Assembly: GCA_002104905.1 (NCBI GenBank)
Contig: MCFE01000558.1
Coordinates: 1-58,029, forward strand
Reading direction: 5' to 3'
Length of the DNA stretch: 58,029 bases
Source of the DNA: Basidiobolus meristosporus CBS 931.73
Lineage: Eukaryota; Fungi; Basidiobolomycota
The translations under genes were made by a program, and so were the position numbers. Below are positions 48,436-57,828 of the stretch, in pieces. The notes under the pieces are model-generated. The model did no database searches. It saw only the letters and a list, made by a program, of their open reading frames with translations, and was not told where the DNA came from. The number at the start of each line of letters is the position of its first letter. Position 1 is the stretch's first letter.

Positions 48436-50340
48436 ATGAAATTCTCCGCACCAAGAATCTTGTGCTTCCTCTCTGGTTTGGCTGCAATCAACGCCGCAGC
48501 TTTCGATAGAAGACTACAGGCCAGAAGCGGTGGGGCTTACGACGTGACCGATCTATTTGACGGAGGGAATGAAAGTGGTGGTAGCGGAGCTGGCGCTTAT
48601 GGCCCCGGAAATGGTGATAACGGAAGCGGCGGTAACGGCAATGGAGGCAATGGTGATGGCAGTGGCAACGGCGGTAATGGAAATGGAGGAAATGGAGATG
48701 GCAATGGTAATGGAGGCAATGGAGCCGGTGCTTATGGCTCTGGCAATGGTGGAAACGGAAACGGCGGTAACGGCAATGGAGGCAATGGTGATGGCAGTGG
48801 CAACGGCGGTAATGGAAATGGAGATGGCAATGGAAACGGTGGCAACGGAGCCGGTGCATATGACTCTGGCAATGGTGGAAACGGCGGTAACGGCAATGGA
48901 GGTAATGGTGCTGGCAATGGCAACGGCGGTAATGGAAATGGAGGAAATGATGATGGCAATGACAAGGGAGGCAGCGGAGACGGTGCATATGACTCTGGCA
49001 ATGGTGGAAACGGAAACGGCGGTAACGGCAATGGAGGCAATGGTGATGGCAATGGCAACGGTAGTAACGGAGCCGGTGCTTACGACTCTGGAAACAGCAA
49101 CGGCGGTAATGGAAATGGAGATGGCAATGGAGGCGATGGGAACGGTGGTAACGGAGCTGGTGCTTACGACTCTGGTAATGGTGGAAATGGAAATGACGGT
49201 AACGGCAATGGAGGCAACGGTGGTAACGGGGCCAGTGCTTACGACTCTGGAAACGGCAACGGCGGTAATGGAAATGGAGGAAATGGAGATGGCAATGGTA
49301 ATGGAGGCAATGGAGCCGGTGCTTATGGCTCTGGCAATGGTGGAAACGGAAACGGCGGTAACGGCAATGGAGGCAATGGTGATGGCAATGGCAACGGTGG
49401 TAACGGAGCCGGTGCTTACGACTCTGGAAACAGCAACGGCGGTAATGGAAATAGAGATGGCAATGGTAATGGAGGCGATGGGAACGGTGGTAACGGAGCT
49501 GGTGCTTACGACTCTGGTAATGGTGGAAATGGAAATGGCGGTAACGGCAATGGAGGCAATGGTGATGGCAATGGCAACGGTGGTAACGGAGCCGGTGCTT
49601 ACGACTCTGGAAACAGCAACGGTGGTAATGGAAATGGAGATGGAGATGGCAATGGTAATGGAGGCGATGGGAACGGTGGTAACGGAGCTGGTACTTACGA
49701 CTCTGGTAATGGTGGAAATGGAAATGGCGGTAATGGCAATGGAGGCAATGGTGATGGCAGTGGCAACGGCGGTAATGGAAATGGAGATGGCAATGGAAAC
49801 GGTGGCAACGGAGCCGGTGTATATGACTCTGGCAATGGTGGAAACGGCGGTAACGGCAATGGAGGCAATGGTGCTGGCAATGGCAACGGCGGTAATGGAA
49901 ATGGAGGAAATGATGATGGCAATGGCAAGGGAGGCAGCGGAGACGGTGCATATGACTCTGGCGATGGTGGAAACGGAAATGGCGGTAACGGCAATGGAGG
50001 CAATGGCAACGGCGGTAATGGAAATGGCGACGGAGGCAACGGAGCCGGTACATATGACTCTGGCAATGGTGGAAACGGAAACGATAGTAACGGCAATGGT
50101 AATGGAGGTATTGGCAACGGTAATGGAGGAAATGGAAACGGTGGTAACGGCGCTGGTACTTATGGCTCTGGAAACGGCAGCGGTGGTAACGGAAACGATG
50201 GCACTGGAGGCGGCAATGGCAATGGTGGTAACGGAGCCAGTGCTTATAACTCTGGAAATGATGGAAACGGAAACGGAGGCAATGGCTCTGGAAGCGGTAA
50301 TGGGAATGGTGCCGGCAACGGTAGTGGCGATTGTCAGTAA
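48436..50340 (+). CDS. Secreted Gly/Asn-rich tandem-repeat protein (634 aa)
   Basis: Signal-peptide-like MKFSAPRILCFLSGLAAINAAA, then GNG/GGN repeats punctuated by about 18 GAGAY(D/G)S-type motifs; ends GSGDCQ. No introns. Confidence 0.82.
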   Translation: MKFSAPRILCFLSGLAAINAAAFDRRLQARSGGAYDVTDLFDGGNESGGSGAGAYGPGNGDNGSGGNGNGGNGDGSGNGGNGNGGNGDGNGNGGNGAGAYGSGNGGNGNGGNGNGGNGDGSGNGGNGNGDGNGNGGNGAGAYDSGNGGNGGNGNGGNGAGNGNGGNGNGGNDDGNDKGGSGDGAYDSGNGGNGNGGNGNGGNGDGNGNGSNGAGAYDSGNSNGGNGNGDGNGGDGNGGNGAGAYDSGNGGNGNDGNGNGGNGGNGASAYDSGNGNGGNGNGGNGDGNGNGGNGAGAYGSGNGGNGNGGNGNGGNGDGNGNGGNGAGAYDSGNSNGGNGNRDGNGNGGDGNGGNGAGAYDSGNGGNGNGGNGNGGNGDGNGNGGNGAGAYDSGNSNGGNGNGDGDGNGNGGDGNGGNGAGTYDSGNGGNGNGGNGNGGNGDGSGNGGNGNGDGNGNGGNGAGVYDSGNGGNGGNGNGGNGAGNGNGGNGNGGNDDGNGKGGSGDGAYDSGDGGNGNGGNGNGGNGNGGNGNGDGGNGAGTYDSGNGGNGNDSNGNGNGGIGNGNGGNGNGGNGAGTYGSGNGSGGNGNDGTGGGNGNGGNGASAYNSGNDGNGNGGNGSGSGNGNGAGNGSGDCQ

Positions 50341-50659
50341 CTCATAGAGCTATGGTAGAATGATCATGTATTTAAAATCTATTTAATCCATAAATAAAAT
50401 TGCTCAATAGATCGAATGCCATTTTGTATGATGTTGCTTCTCTAAGTGTTCTGTGGCTTTGTATTTGAAGCAACATATGGCTATATATGTTTTACTCCTT
50501 TGATTTATGTAGATTATGGTTAAGGGGAGAGCAGGAAAGTGATGATTGCGGATCCATTGATACAGGTGGACTATTTGTGTATGCCGCCTATTGGAAATCA
50601 GTCTAGAGCCAAAAGAAGTGTTAGGAGAGTACTGAAAAGTTAATGCACTCAGATTTTTT

Positions 50660-50890
50660 GGGGAGGGGGAAGGAAAGTCATCAAGTGGTGAAATCTTTAC
50701 TTACTTAAAACAAGCAAATCTGAAGTTGTTCCTTGAAAGCTAGGCCTCACAGATATCTTGGGGAGGGAAACTCACCAAGTATTGGTGAAATCTTTATTTG
50801 CAGTCTGGATTAAAACAAACATAGAAGCCAGCAGGGATGTAAGTCCCGTAAACAATAATTCTAAACTGAATTCAAAGCAGTATCCCAAAG
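50660..50890 (-). mobile_element. Two old 3'-end fragments of the telomeric retroelement family (SINE-like at 50660-50757; ORF1-element-like at 50758-50890)
   Basis: Each starts with a G-rich run plus the AAAGTCA(T/C)CAAG..GGTGAAATCTTTA-type tail and matches the corresponding younger units. Confidence 0.7.
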
Positions 50891-51381
50891 AGTGAAATCT
50901 TTATCAAGTATCCTAAATAAAGAAGCCAAGTTAGAATATAGATATCTGGAATGCAGAAAGCCTACAAGATTAACTTGGACTTTGCTGCTTCCCAAATATC
51001 CTTAATATCAAAGTCTAGTGGAAAACGCAGTAAGACTGCTTGTTCACTGTAGTATTTCCTGAGGAAGATTGTCACTTGGAGGGAGGCATGGTTTTTGAAT
51101 AAGTTGGTAAATTCATTGAGGAGTACTTTCTCAAGAGAAAATGATACAAAGAGAGGACTACCTAAATGATGTCCAAATATGTGATCCAAGAGCTCCCAAT
51201 CTAGCATATTTTTGACTTCATCTGTAGACTCCTCAACAATATCCTTATCAAGAATAACTCATAAGAGATCCCTGGCAATGTATTGAATGTTAATAATATT
51301 AGGCATATGGATGTATAGGTCCTTGAGGTAGTGTACTTGTTCTGATATTGAAAGGTAACCAGCATTTCTGAAGTAGTAAAC
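50891..51381 (-). mobile_element. Diverged ORF1-like retroelement (second subfamily), 5'-truncated, one in-frame stop
   Basis: YLSISEQVHYLKDLYIHMPNIINIQYIARDLL*VILDKDIVEE..DHIFGHHLGSPLFVSFSLEKVLLNEFTNLFKN..VTIFLRKYY aligns with the ORF at 56775-57302. Tail GTGAAATCTTTA..AAAGAAGCCA. Confidence 0.75.
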
Positions 51382-51764
51382 TTAGGGTAAGGGCTAGGGG
51401 GAAACAGTTGCCAATAGGTGAAATATTTATTTTAGCCAAGACAAAGGAGCCAGCACTACTGTTGTGGCTTTGATACAAGAGTGCGGAGCTGAGGGAAATT
51501 GGTAGTTAAATCAAATAGAAGAAATGATAGCTCTTCAGTGCTCAAGACTGTTCAGGGTTAGGGGGGATGAAAGTCACCAAGTGGTAAATTCCTTATTTAC
51601 TTATAACAAGTATCTAAAGAAGCCAAGTTAATGTGAAGTTATTCCTAGAAAGCTGCGTCTGAGAGATATCTTCCAGGTAAGCCAGGACTGAGAAGTGAGA
51701 ATCTGAGTATATCTGAGGTGAATAGTAATGATTTGTGGTAGCTGATATATGGCCAGGATGGCCA
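51382..51764 (-). mobile_element. Degenerate telomere repeats plus RT-element 3' fragment (51382-51553), then AGGGTTAGGG plus SINE 3' fragment (51554-51764)
   Basis: TTAGGGTAAGGGCTAGGGG precedes sequence matching the RT ORF end (CTACTGTTGT.GCTTTGATACAAG). The second part matches 56121-56390. Confidence 0.78.
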
Positions 51765-53331
51765 CCCTGTGAAAAATAATTTGGTCATGCAAGTGGATCT
51801 AATCCAGATCAGCCATCAGGATCCCATTTAGAGACCATCACAATACCAGCAGCTTGGAATTAGTGACCCTCCTGACAATCTTATGATGGGATCATGATGG
51901 TGTTTGCTAATTTTACAACCAAATAACAGGATAAAACTTTACAATATTTTATTGGTGCTGTGACAATATTTGCATCGTATTGTTGCGGTCTTTGAATTAT
52001 TGGCAGTATGATGGCCTACTACTGGTTCTGTAAAATGCTACCATACTAACTTACCAAATGGTATTTCCTTTTTCTACCTCCCCTTGTGCAATTCATATAT
52101 TCCACTGTAGAATCACCCCTCTTTATTTGCTTACCCACTACTACCTTGGGTATACCACATATAGTTTGAATCAAATAAAACTATGGCCTCCTACTTACTA
52201 ACCTCTAAAAATGCACACACCTGCCGCAATTGACATACTTCTATCACCTCAGCTTTGCAGCTTTTTAGTGTGATACTGGAGAAGTTACCATATACCTTGT
52301 ACTGCTGGTAACATATACATCTTGCAACATATGCTTAGTTGTTGCCACTACTGCCATGAATACCTCCTGAATATCCACAAAGAGCTTCTTGGTATTTAGC
52401 CAATATACTTCTTCTCCCTGCTGGATTCTAGTCCCCCTTATAGGTGTGCTTGGGCTTTTGCTTGTGTGAATTCCATATTGAATGGTGTAGAAGCTGGTTT
52501 GTGACCATGAGAAATCCAGCATATCTTGGTAGAGTTTTGCTGATAAAATTAGTTGCTTGTTGCACCCAACCCAACTTTGCATTACTTAACCAATTACCCA
52601 TGCATTGGGGCTGCTTAGCTTCTTAATGCCATAGGCATTGGTGTCTCCATGTGCACATTTGTCCTCAGTATTTTCCAACTCTTTCTGGCTGTCCTCCTTG
52701 TGCTAACTCATCACATCTATGACGGACTGGAAGGTAATATTCTTGAAGAGATTGGGATATGGTAGTACCTGCAACTTGACTTGTCTTCCCATCTCCCCAC
52801 ACATCTGCTCCATAGGAAACTCCCAAAAGCTGAAGCAAGGCCCAATATTCTCCACATACCATGCAAGATGGAGTAGAGAATGGATACAGTAGCAGCAGAG
52901 CTCTACATGTTCAGCTTTATGTTTGTAGTATAGCCGCTCAAATCCTGTCACAATCTCCTCACAAAACAGCTGTAGATGCATCAAGTTGGCATTGGTGATC
53001 TGCTTCTGGATAAATATTCCTACAATGTCCACATATGACTCCCAATGCTTCCAATGTACTCTTGGTAGGAATGGCTTCAGAACACCACTTGAATAAATAC
53101 ACATTAAGTTCATCCAGTCTTTGCATTTCTATTGTTGCATATGTGCATGAGTATTGATTGGAGCCTGTGAGAAGTATTTAGGGTAGCATATACTCTGTAA
53201 TATCTTGTCAATTCTTTCAAATTCCTCTGGTATCTTGAAGGGCTCATTTGGCATGTAATGCCCCATGTACAACTTGATCATCAGTATAGGGATATTGTTG
53301 AAAAGCAAATGCATTGCTCCCAGTGGAAAGC
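51765..53331 (-). mobile_element. Second, inverted, truncated copy of the CACTA-like transposon
   Basis: The reverse complement aligns with about 790-2208 (HWKHWESYVDIVGIFIQ, IHSLLHLAWYVENIGPCFSFWEFPMEQMCG). The terminus CCCTGTGAAAAATAATTTGG interrupts a SINE; the element is cut at GGAAAGCTT|AGGGG. Confidence 0.85.
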
Positions 53332-53630
53332 TTAGGGGAGGGAAAGTCACCAAAGTAGGTGAAATCTTTATTTGATTTCAGACAAGTCTAACTTCAAATA
53401 AACAAGCCAGCTGGGAATAGAAGATTCCCAAAGTAAAAACCAAGTTGAATATGAATAAATCTAAGCTAAGGTTAAGGCAGTATCCCAGAGTACACTGGAG
53501 TTCAGGTTCATGGGGGAGTGAAGTAGATAAGTTTGAGAGATATAATAATCTTTCAGAAAGTGGGTAACAGCAGGTGAAGGGAAGTTTTTGATAAGTGAAG
53601 TGAATCTTGAGAGCAGAGATTCCTCTAATG
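53332..53630 (-). mobile_element. 3' fragment of the ORF1-only retroelement
   Basis: TTAGGGG plus tail; near-identical to 56652-56943. Confidence 0.85.
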
Positions 53631-55146
53631 GGCTAGGGGGAGACAGTCACCAACAGGTGAAATCTTTATTTCAGTTGAAACAAAGAAGCCAGCACTACTG
53701 TTGTAGCTTTGATACAAGAGTGTGTAGCTGAGGGGAATTTGCAGGTAAGTTAATAAGAAGTGATGATAGTTCTTCAGTGCTCAAGACACTGTTCAGTGGG
53801 AAGGGGGGTAGCAAGAGAGGTAGGAATGACTTGTGAACAACATTAATGAGGGGAATGTGATAAGGATTGATATTCATCATAAAGGGAGTGTGCTGCTGCA
53901 GATATTGCTGCCAAAAGTCTGTCAAGTACTTCAGGTAGGCCAGCTTGGGCTTTTCTGACTGCAGAATATAGTGAGCAAACTTCTTGACTTCAGGATCTCC
54001 AAGTATAGTTCTCCAGCAGGAGCCAGGTGTTGTGTGGTGTGTTCTCTTACAGGCCTTAATCAGTGGGTTGTTGCAGTTATGAAGTCTGAGGTATAATCTG
54101 GTTCTAAGGTAGAGAAGTCTGATCTTGTAGGGCATAAACCCAAAAGCACCAAGAATAGCATGTCTGTAGGGGCATTCAGGCAAATGAGGCACCAAGGAGG
54201 TAATGCACCATACTGCAAACTTGTCAAGCTTAGTACAGTCTCTAGAAGTAAGAGAGAGAAGTGGTAAGCCAAATTCCAGGACAGGGAAGACAAACTGCTT
54301 GAGTAGAAGGAGGCAGCTGGTAGCTGAAGCTGTAGGAGGAGTAACAGCCAGTAGCTTGTGGAGTGCCTGTCTTGCCAGGATAATTCTCTTCTTCAGGTGT
54401 GCTCCAGAGTCTAGTCCATTAGGAAGAAAAGGAAAGCCAAGATATTTAGCAGAAACCTGAGCAGGTAGTGTTGAGTTCTCCAAGTTGATGGGAGAGCCCA
54501 AAGGTACTGTCTTTGCAATGGAAAGCTGGAGATTATTCTTCTGCAGATACTGGTGGATGGTCTGGGAGTCTTGTTGCACATTGGAGGAGGATATTCTGAT
54601 GTCATCAGCAAGGAGAGTAACCAGACAGTCAGCTGAGAGTCTTGGGAAATCATTCAGGAAGATGGCAAACAGTATAGAACCAAGCACAGAGCCTTGAACC
54701 ACTCCATTAGGAACTGAGAGCACAGCTGATTGCTCACTTGGGTGCAGAGTTCTTGCTTGTGGATCCAGAAACAGAGACCTGACAAGGAGGGTGAGAGAGG
54801 TACTGGAGAAGCATTGCAACTTGCACCAAAGCAGATTTCTGTCAACAGAATCAAAGGCCTTAGTAATATCAAACAGAACAGAGGGATACTTGCACTGGAG
54901 AGAGTGATCTTGGCTAAGTATGACTGCATATTCCAAGGAGAGGCCAGGAACTAAGCCAAACTGTGCAGGATGAAACTTGAGGGAGTTGGAGTAGAGCTCC
55001 TGAGCAAGCAGAAGCTCAAACACCTTTCTGCAGGTGGGCAGCAGAGATATTGGCCTGTAGGAGCTAGGATCCAGGTGCTTTCCTTTACCCTTGTACAGTG
55101 GCAGAACATTCGCAAAGGACCATTCCTCAGGAGTAGAAAGCTGGGC
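53631..55146 (-). mobile_element. 5'-truncated non-LTR (LINE-type) retrotransposon with an open RT frame
   Basis: The frame is open from the truncation point: PEEWSFANVLPLYKGKG..SYRPISLLPTCRKVFE..FDITKAFDSVDR..GVVQGSVLGSILF..LADD..KYLG, stop at 53695, then a short 3' UTR and tail. Confidence 0.93.
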
Positions 55147-56100
55147 TTAGGGGGGGAGACAGTCACCAACAGGTGAAATCTTTATTTCAGTTGAAACAAA
55201 GAAGCCAGCGCTACTGTTGTAGCTTTGATACAAGAGTGTGTAGCTGAGGGGAATTTGTAGGTAAGTTAATAAGAAGTGATGATAGTTCTTCAGTGCTCAA
55301 GACACTGTTCAGTGGGAAGGGGGGTAGCAAGAGAGGTAACAATGACTTGTGAACAACATTAATGAGGGGAATGTGATAAGGATTGATATTCATCATAAAG
55401 GGAGTGTGCTGCTGCAGATATTGCTGCCAAAGGTCTGTCAAGTACTTCAGGTAGGCCAGCTTGGGTTTTTCTGACTGCAGAATATAGTGAGCAAACTTCT
55501 TGACTTCAGGATCTCCAAGTATAGTTCTCCAGCAGGAGCCAGGTGTTGTGTGGTGTGTTCTCTTCCAGGCCTTAATCAGTGGGTTGTTGCAGTTATGAAG
55601 TCTGAGGTATAATCTGGTTCTAAGGTAGAGAAGTCTGATCTTATAGGGCATAAACCCAAAAGCACCAAGAATAGCATGTCTGTAGGGGCATTCAGGCAAA
55701 TGAGGCACCAAGGAGGTAATGCACCATACTGCAAACTTGTCAAGCTTAGTGCAGTCTCTAGAAGTAAGAGAGAGAAGTGGTAAGCCAAATTCCAGGACAG
55801 GGAAGACAAACTGCTTGAGTAGAAGGAGGCAGCTGGGAGCTGAAGTTGTAGGAGGAGTAACAGCCAGTAGCTTGTGGAGTGCCTGTCTTGCCAGGATAAT
55901 TCTCTTCTTCAGGTGTGCTCCAGAGTCTAGTCCAGTAGGAAGGAAAGGAAAGCCAAGATATGTAGCAGAAACCTGAGCAGGTAGAGTGGAGTTCTCCAAG
56001 TTGATGGCAGAGCCCAAAGGTACTGTCTTTGCAATGGAAAGCTGGAGATTATTCTTCTGCAGATACTGGTGGATGGTCTGGGAGTCTTGTTGCACATTGG
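55147..56100 (-). mobile_element. Second, more deeply 5'-truncated copy of the LINE RT element
   Basis: Near-identical to 53636-54584 (roughly 15-20 differences by eye). Starts at TTAG plus a G-run; truncated just after the ADD motif region. Confidence 0.93.
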
Positions 56101-56122
56101 AGGGTTAGGGTTAGGGTTTAGG
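56101..56122 (+). repeat. Internal telomeric repeat tract
   Basis: AGGGTTAGGGTTAGGGTTTAGG lies between a truncated LINE and a SINE. Confidence 0.9.
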
Positions 56123-56643
56123 GGGGAGGAAAGTCACCAAGTGGTGAAATCTTTATTTACTTATGACAAGTATCTAAAGAAGCCAAGTTAATCTGAAGTA
56201 ATTCCTAGAAAGCTAGGTCTGAGAGATATCTTCCTGGTAAGCCAGGTCTGAGAGTTGAGAAGCTGAGTGGTACTATATTTCCTAGTTAGCTAGGTCTGAG
56301 AGAGGTTTCCTGGAAAGCCAGGCCTGAGAAGTGAGAATCTGAATATATCTGAGCTAAGTTTTACTGGTTTGCGGTAGCTGAATTGTGGCCGGAATGGCCA
56401 GTAGACTGGGGGAACTGAGATGAATTTCTGGGCAATCACTGGCCAAATTTACTAGGCAAATCTGACCAATTAGCATTTCAAGGATTTCAGCCAATCAGAG
56501 CCTTTACTTTGCCCGATGGTTGATCAAGCCATCTCCCAATGAGCACACATCAATTTATTGATCAAATTTTGCTGGATCCAGGATTTGAACCCACAACCAT
56601 GGGTATGGAAGGGTTAGGGATAACCACAAGGCTAAGTGTTCTT
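56121..56643 (-). mobile_element. Full-length 523-bp SINE-like element with tRNA-type A/B boxes
   Basis: Minus-strand TAGCCTTGTGG (56634-56624) and GGTTCAAATCC (56591-56581) lie 32 nt apart. No ORF; LINE-type 3' tail; same ends as the copy at 57306-57828. Confidence 0.75.
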
Positions 56644-57303
56644 GGTTAGGGGAGGGAAAGTCACCAAGGTAGGTGAAATCTTTATTTGATTTCAGACAAG
56701 TCTAACTACAAATAAAGAAGCCAGCTGGGAATAGAAGATTCCCAAAGTAAACACAAAGTTGAATATGAATAAATCTAAGCTAAAGTTAAGGCAGTATCCC
56801 AGAGTACACTGGAGTTCAGGTTCATGGGGGAGTGAAGTAGATAAGCTTGAGAGATATAATAATCTTTAAGGAAGTGGGTAACAGCAGGTGAAGGGGAGTT
56901 TTTGATAAGTGAAGTAAATCTTGAGAGCAGAGATTCCTCTAATGAGAAGGTCTTGTAAACTGGAGAATCAGGAAACTCTTTAAAGGCATGGTCAGTAGGT
57001 TCCCAGTAAAACTGGTCAGAGACATTTTGAGAGAATTCTTTAGCAATACTTTTGTCAAGTACTACCTCCAGAGTGTGATGGTTGATAAATCTCATGTTAA
57101 CAATATTGGATAAGTTGTAACCTTGTTGCTTGAGATACATCCTATGCTCAGATATAGGAATAAACTCCACATTGGCAAAGTAGCAGACAGCCCAGTCAGT
57201 AGCAGGAGGTAGATCAGAAGTGGCAGGAAACTTTCTTTTGGTCTTTGGGGGAGCAGCAAGAATTCTTGAGGAAGCAGGAGCAGGCTTTTTGACAGCTTCA
57301 GAG
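56644..57303 (-). mobile_element. 5'-truncated RT-less retroelement encoding an ORF1/RNA-binding-like protein
   Basis: The frame is open from 57302 to the stop at 56775 (SEAVKKPAPASSR..DWAVCYFANVEFIPISEHRMYLKQQGYNLSNIVNMRFINHHTLEVVLD..), followed by about 120 bp of UTR and the shared tail. Confidence 0.75.
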
Positions 57304-57305
57304 TA

Positions 57306-57828
57306 GGGGGGAGGAAAGTCACCAAGTGGTGAAATCTTTATTTACTTATGACAAGTATCTAAAGAAGCCAAGTTAATCTGAAGTTATTCCTAGAAAGCTA
57401 GGTCTGAGAGATATCTTCCTGGTAAGCCAGGTCTGAGAGTTGAGAGGCTGAGTGGTACTATATTTCCTAGTTAGCTAGGTCTGAGAGAGGTTTCCTGGAA
57501 AGCCAGGCCTGACAAGTGAGAATCTGAATATATCTGAGCTAAGTTATACTGGTTTGCGGTAGCTGAATTGTAGCCGGGATGGCCAGTAGACTGGGGGAAC
57601 TGAGATGTATTTCTGGGCGATCACTGGCCAAATTTACTGGGCAAATCTGGCCAATTAGCATTTCAAGGATTTCAGCCAATCAGAGCCTTTACTTTGCCCG
57701 ATGGTTGATCAAGCCATCTCCCAATGAGCACACATCAATTTATTAATCAAATTTAGTTGGATCCAGGATTTGAACCCACAACCATGGGTATGGAAGGGTT
57801 AGGGATAACCACAAGGCTAAGTGTTCTT
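57306..57828 (-). mobile_element. Terminal full-length 523-bp SINE-like element directly abutting the telomere
   Basis: Near-identical to 56121-56643; A box 57819-57809, B box 57776-57766. Confidence 0.78.

Noticed and set aside
48488-50347. Long alternative-frame ORFs (521 aa His/Cys/Arg antisense; 596 aa Met/Ala/Val; Pro/Leu antisense)
   Set aside because: Shadows of the GGN/AAY codon repeat; only the Gly/Asn frame has a signal peptide and a TATA box.
2209-51764. Giant composite transposon or Starship carrying the gene block
   Set aside because: Both CACTA termini are the same end and face inward; there is no tyrosine-recombinase captain; the cargo is mostly housekeeping genes.
53631-56100. 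Penelope-like (Coprina/Athena) identity for the telomeric RT
   Set aside because: The motifs YRPISLL, KAFDSV, QGSVL and KYLG are non-LTR/LINE-type rather than PLE-type, although the polarity is similar.
56204-56330. Hammerhead ribozyme or CRISPR-like array in the hairpin repeats
   Set aside because: CTGAGAG does not fit the CUGAnGA core and no GAAA/stem arrangement fits; there are no unique spacers and the context is eukaryotic.
56575-56643. Functional tRNA gene
   Set aside because: A/B boxes are present but the acceptor stem does not pair and no anticodon arm is evident; treated as a SINE head.
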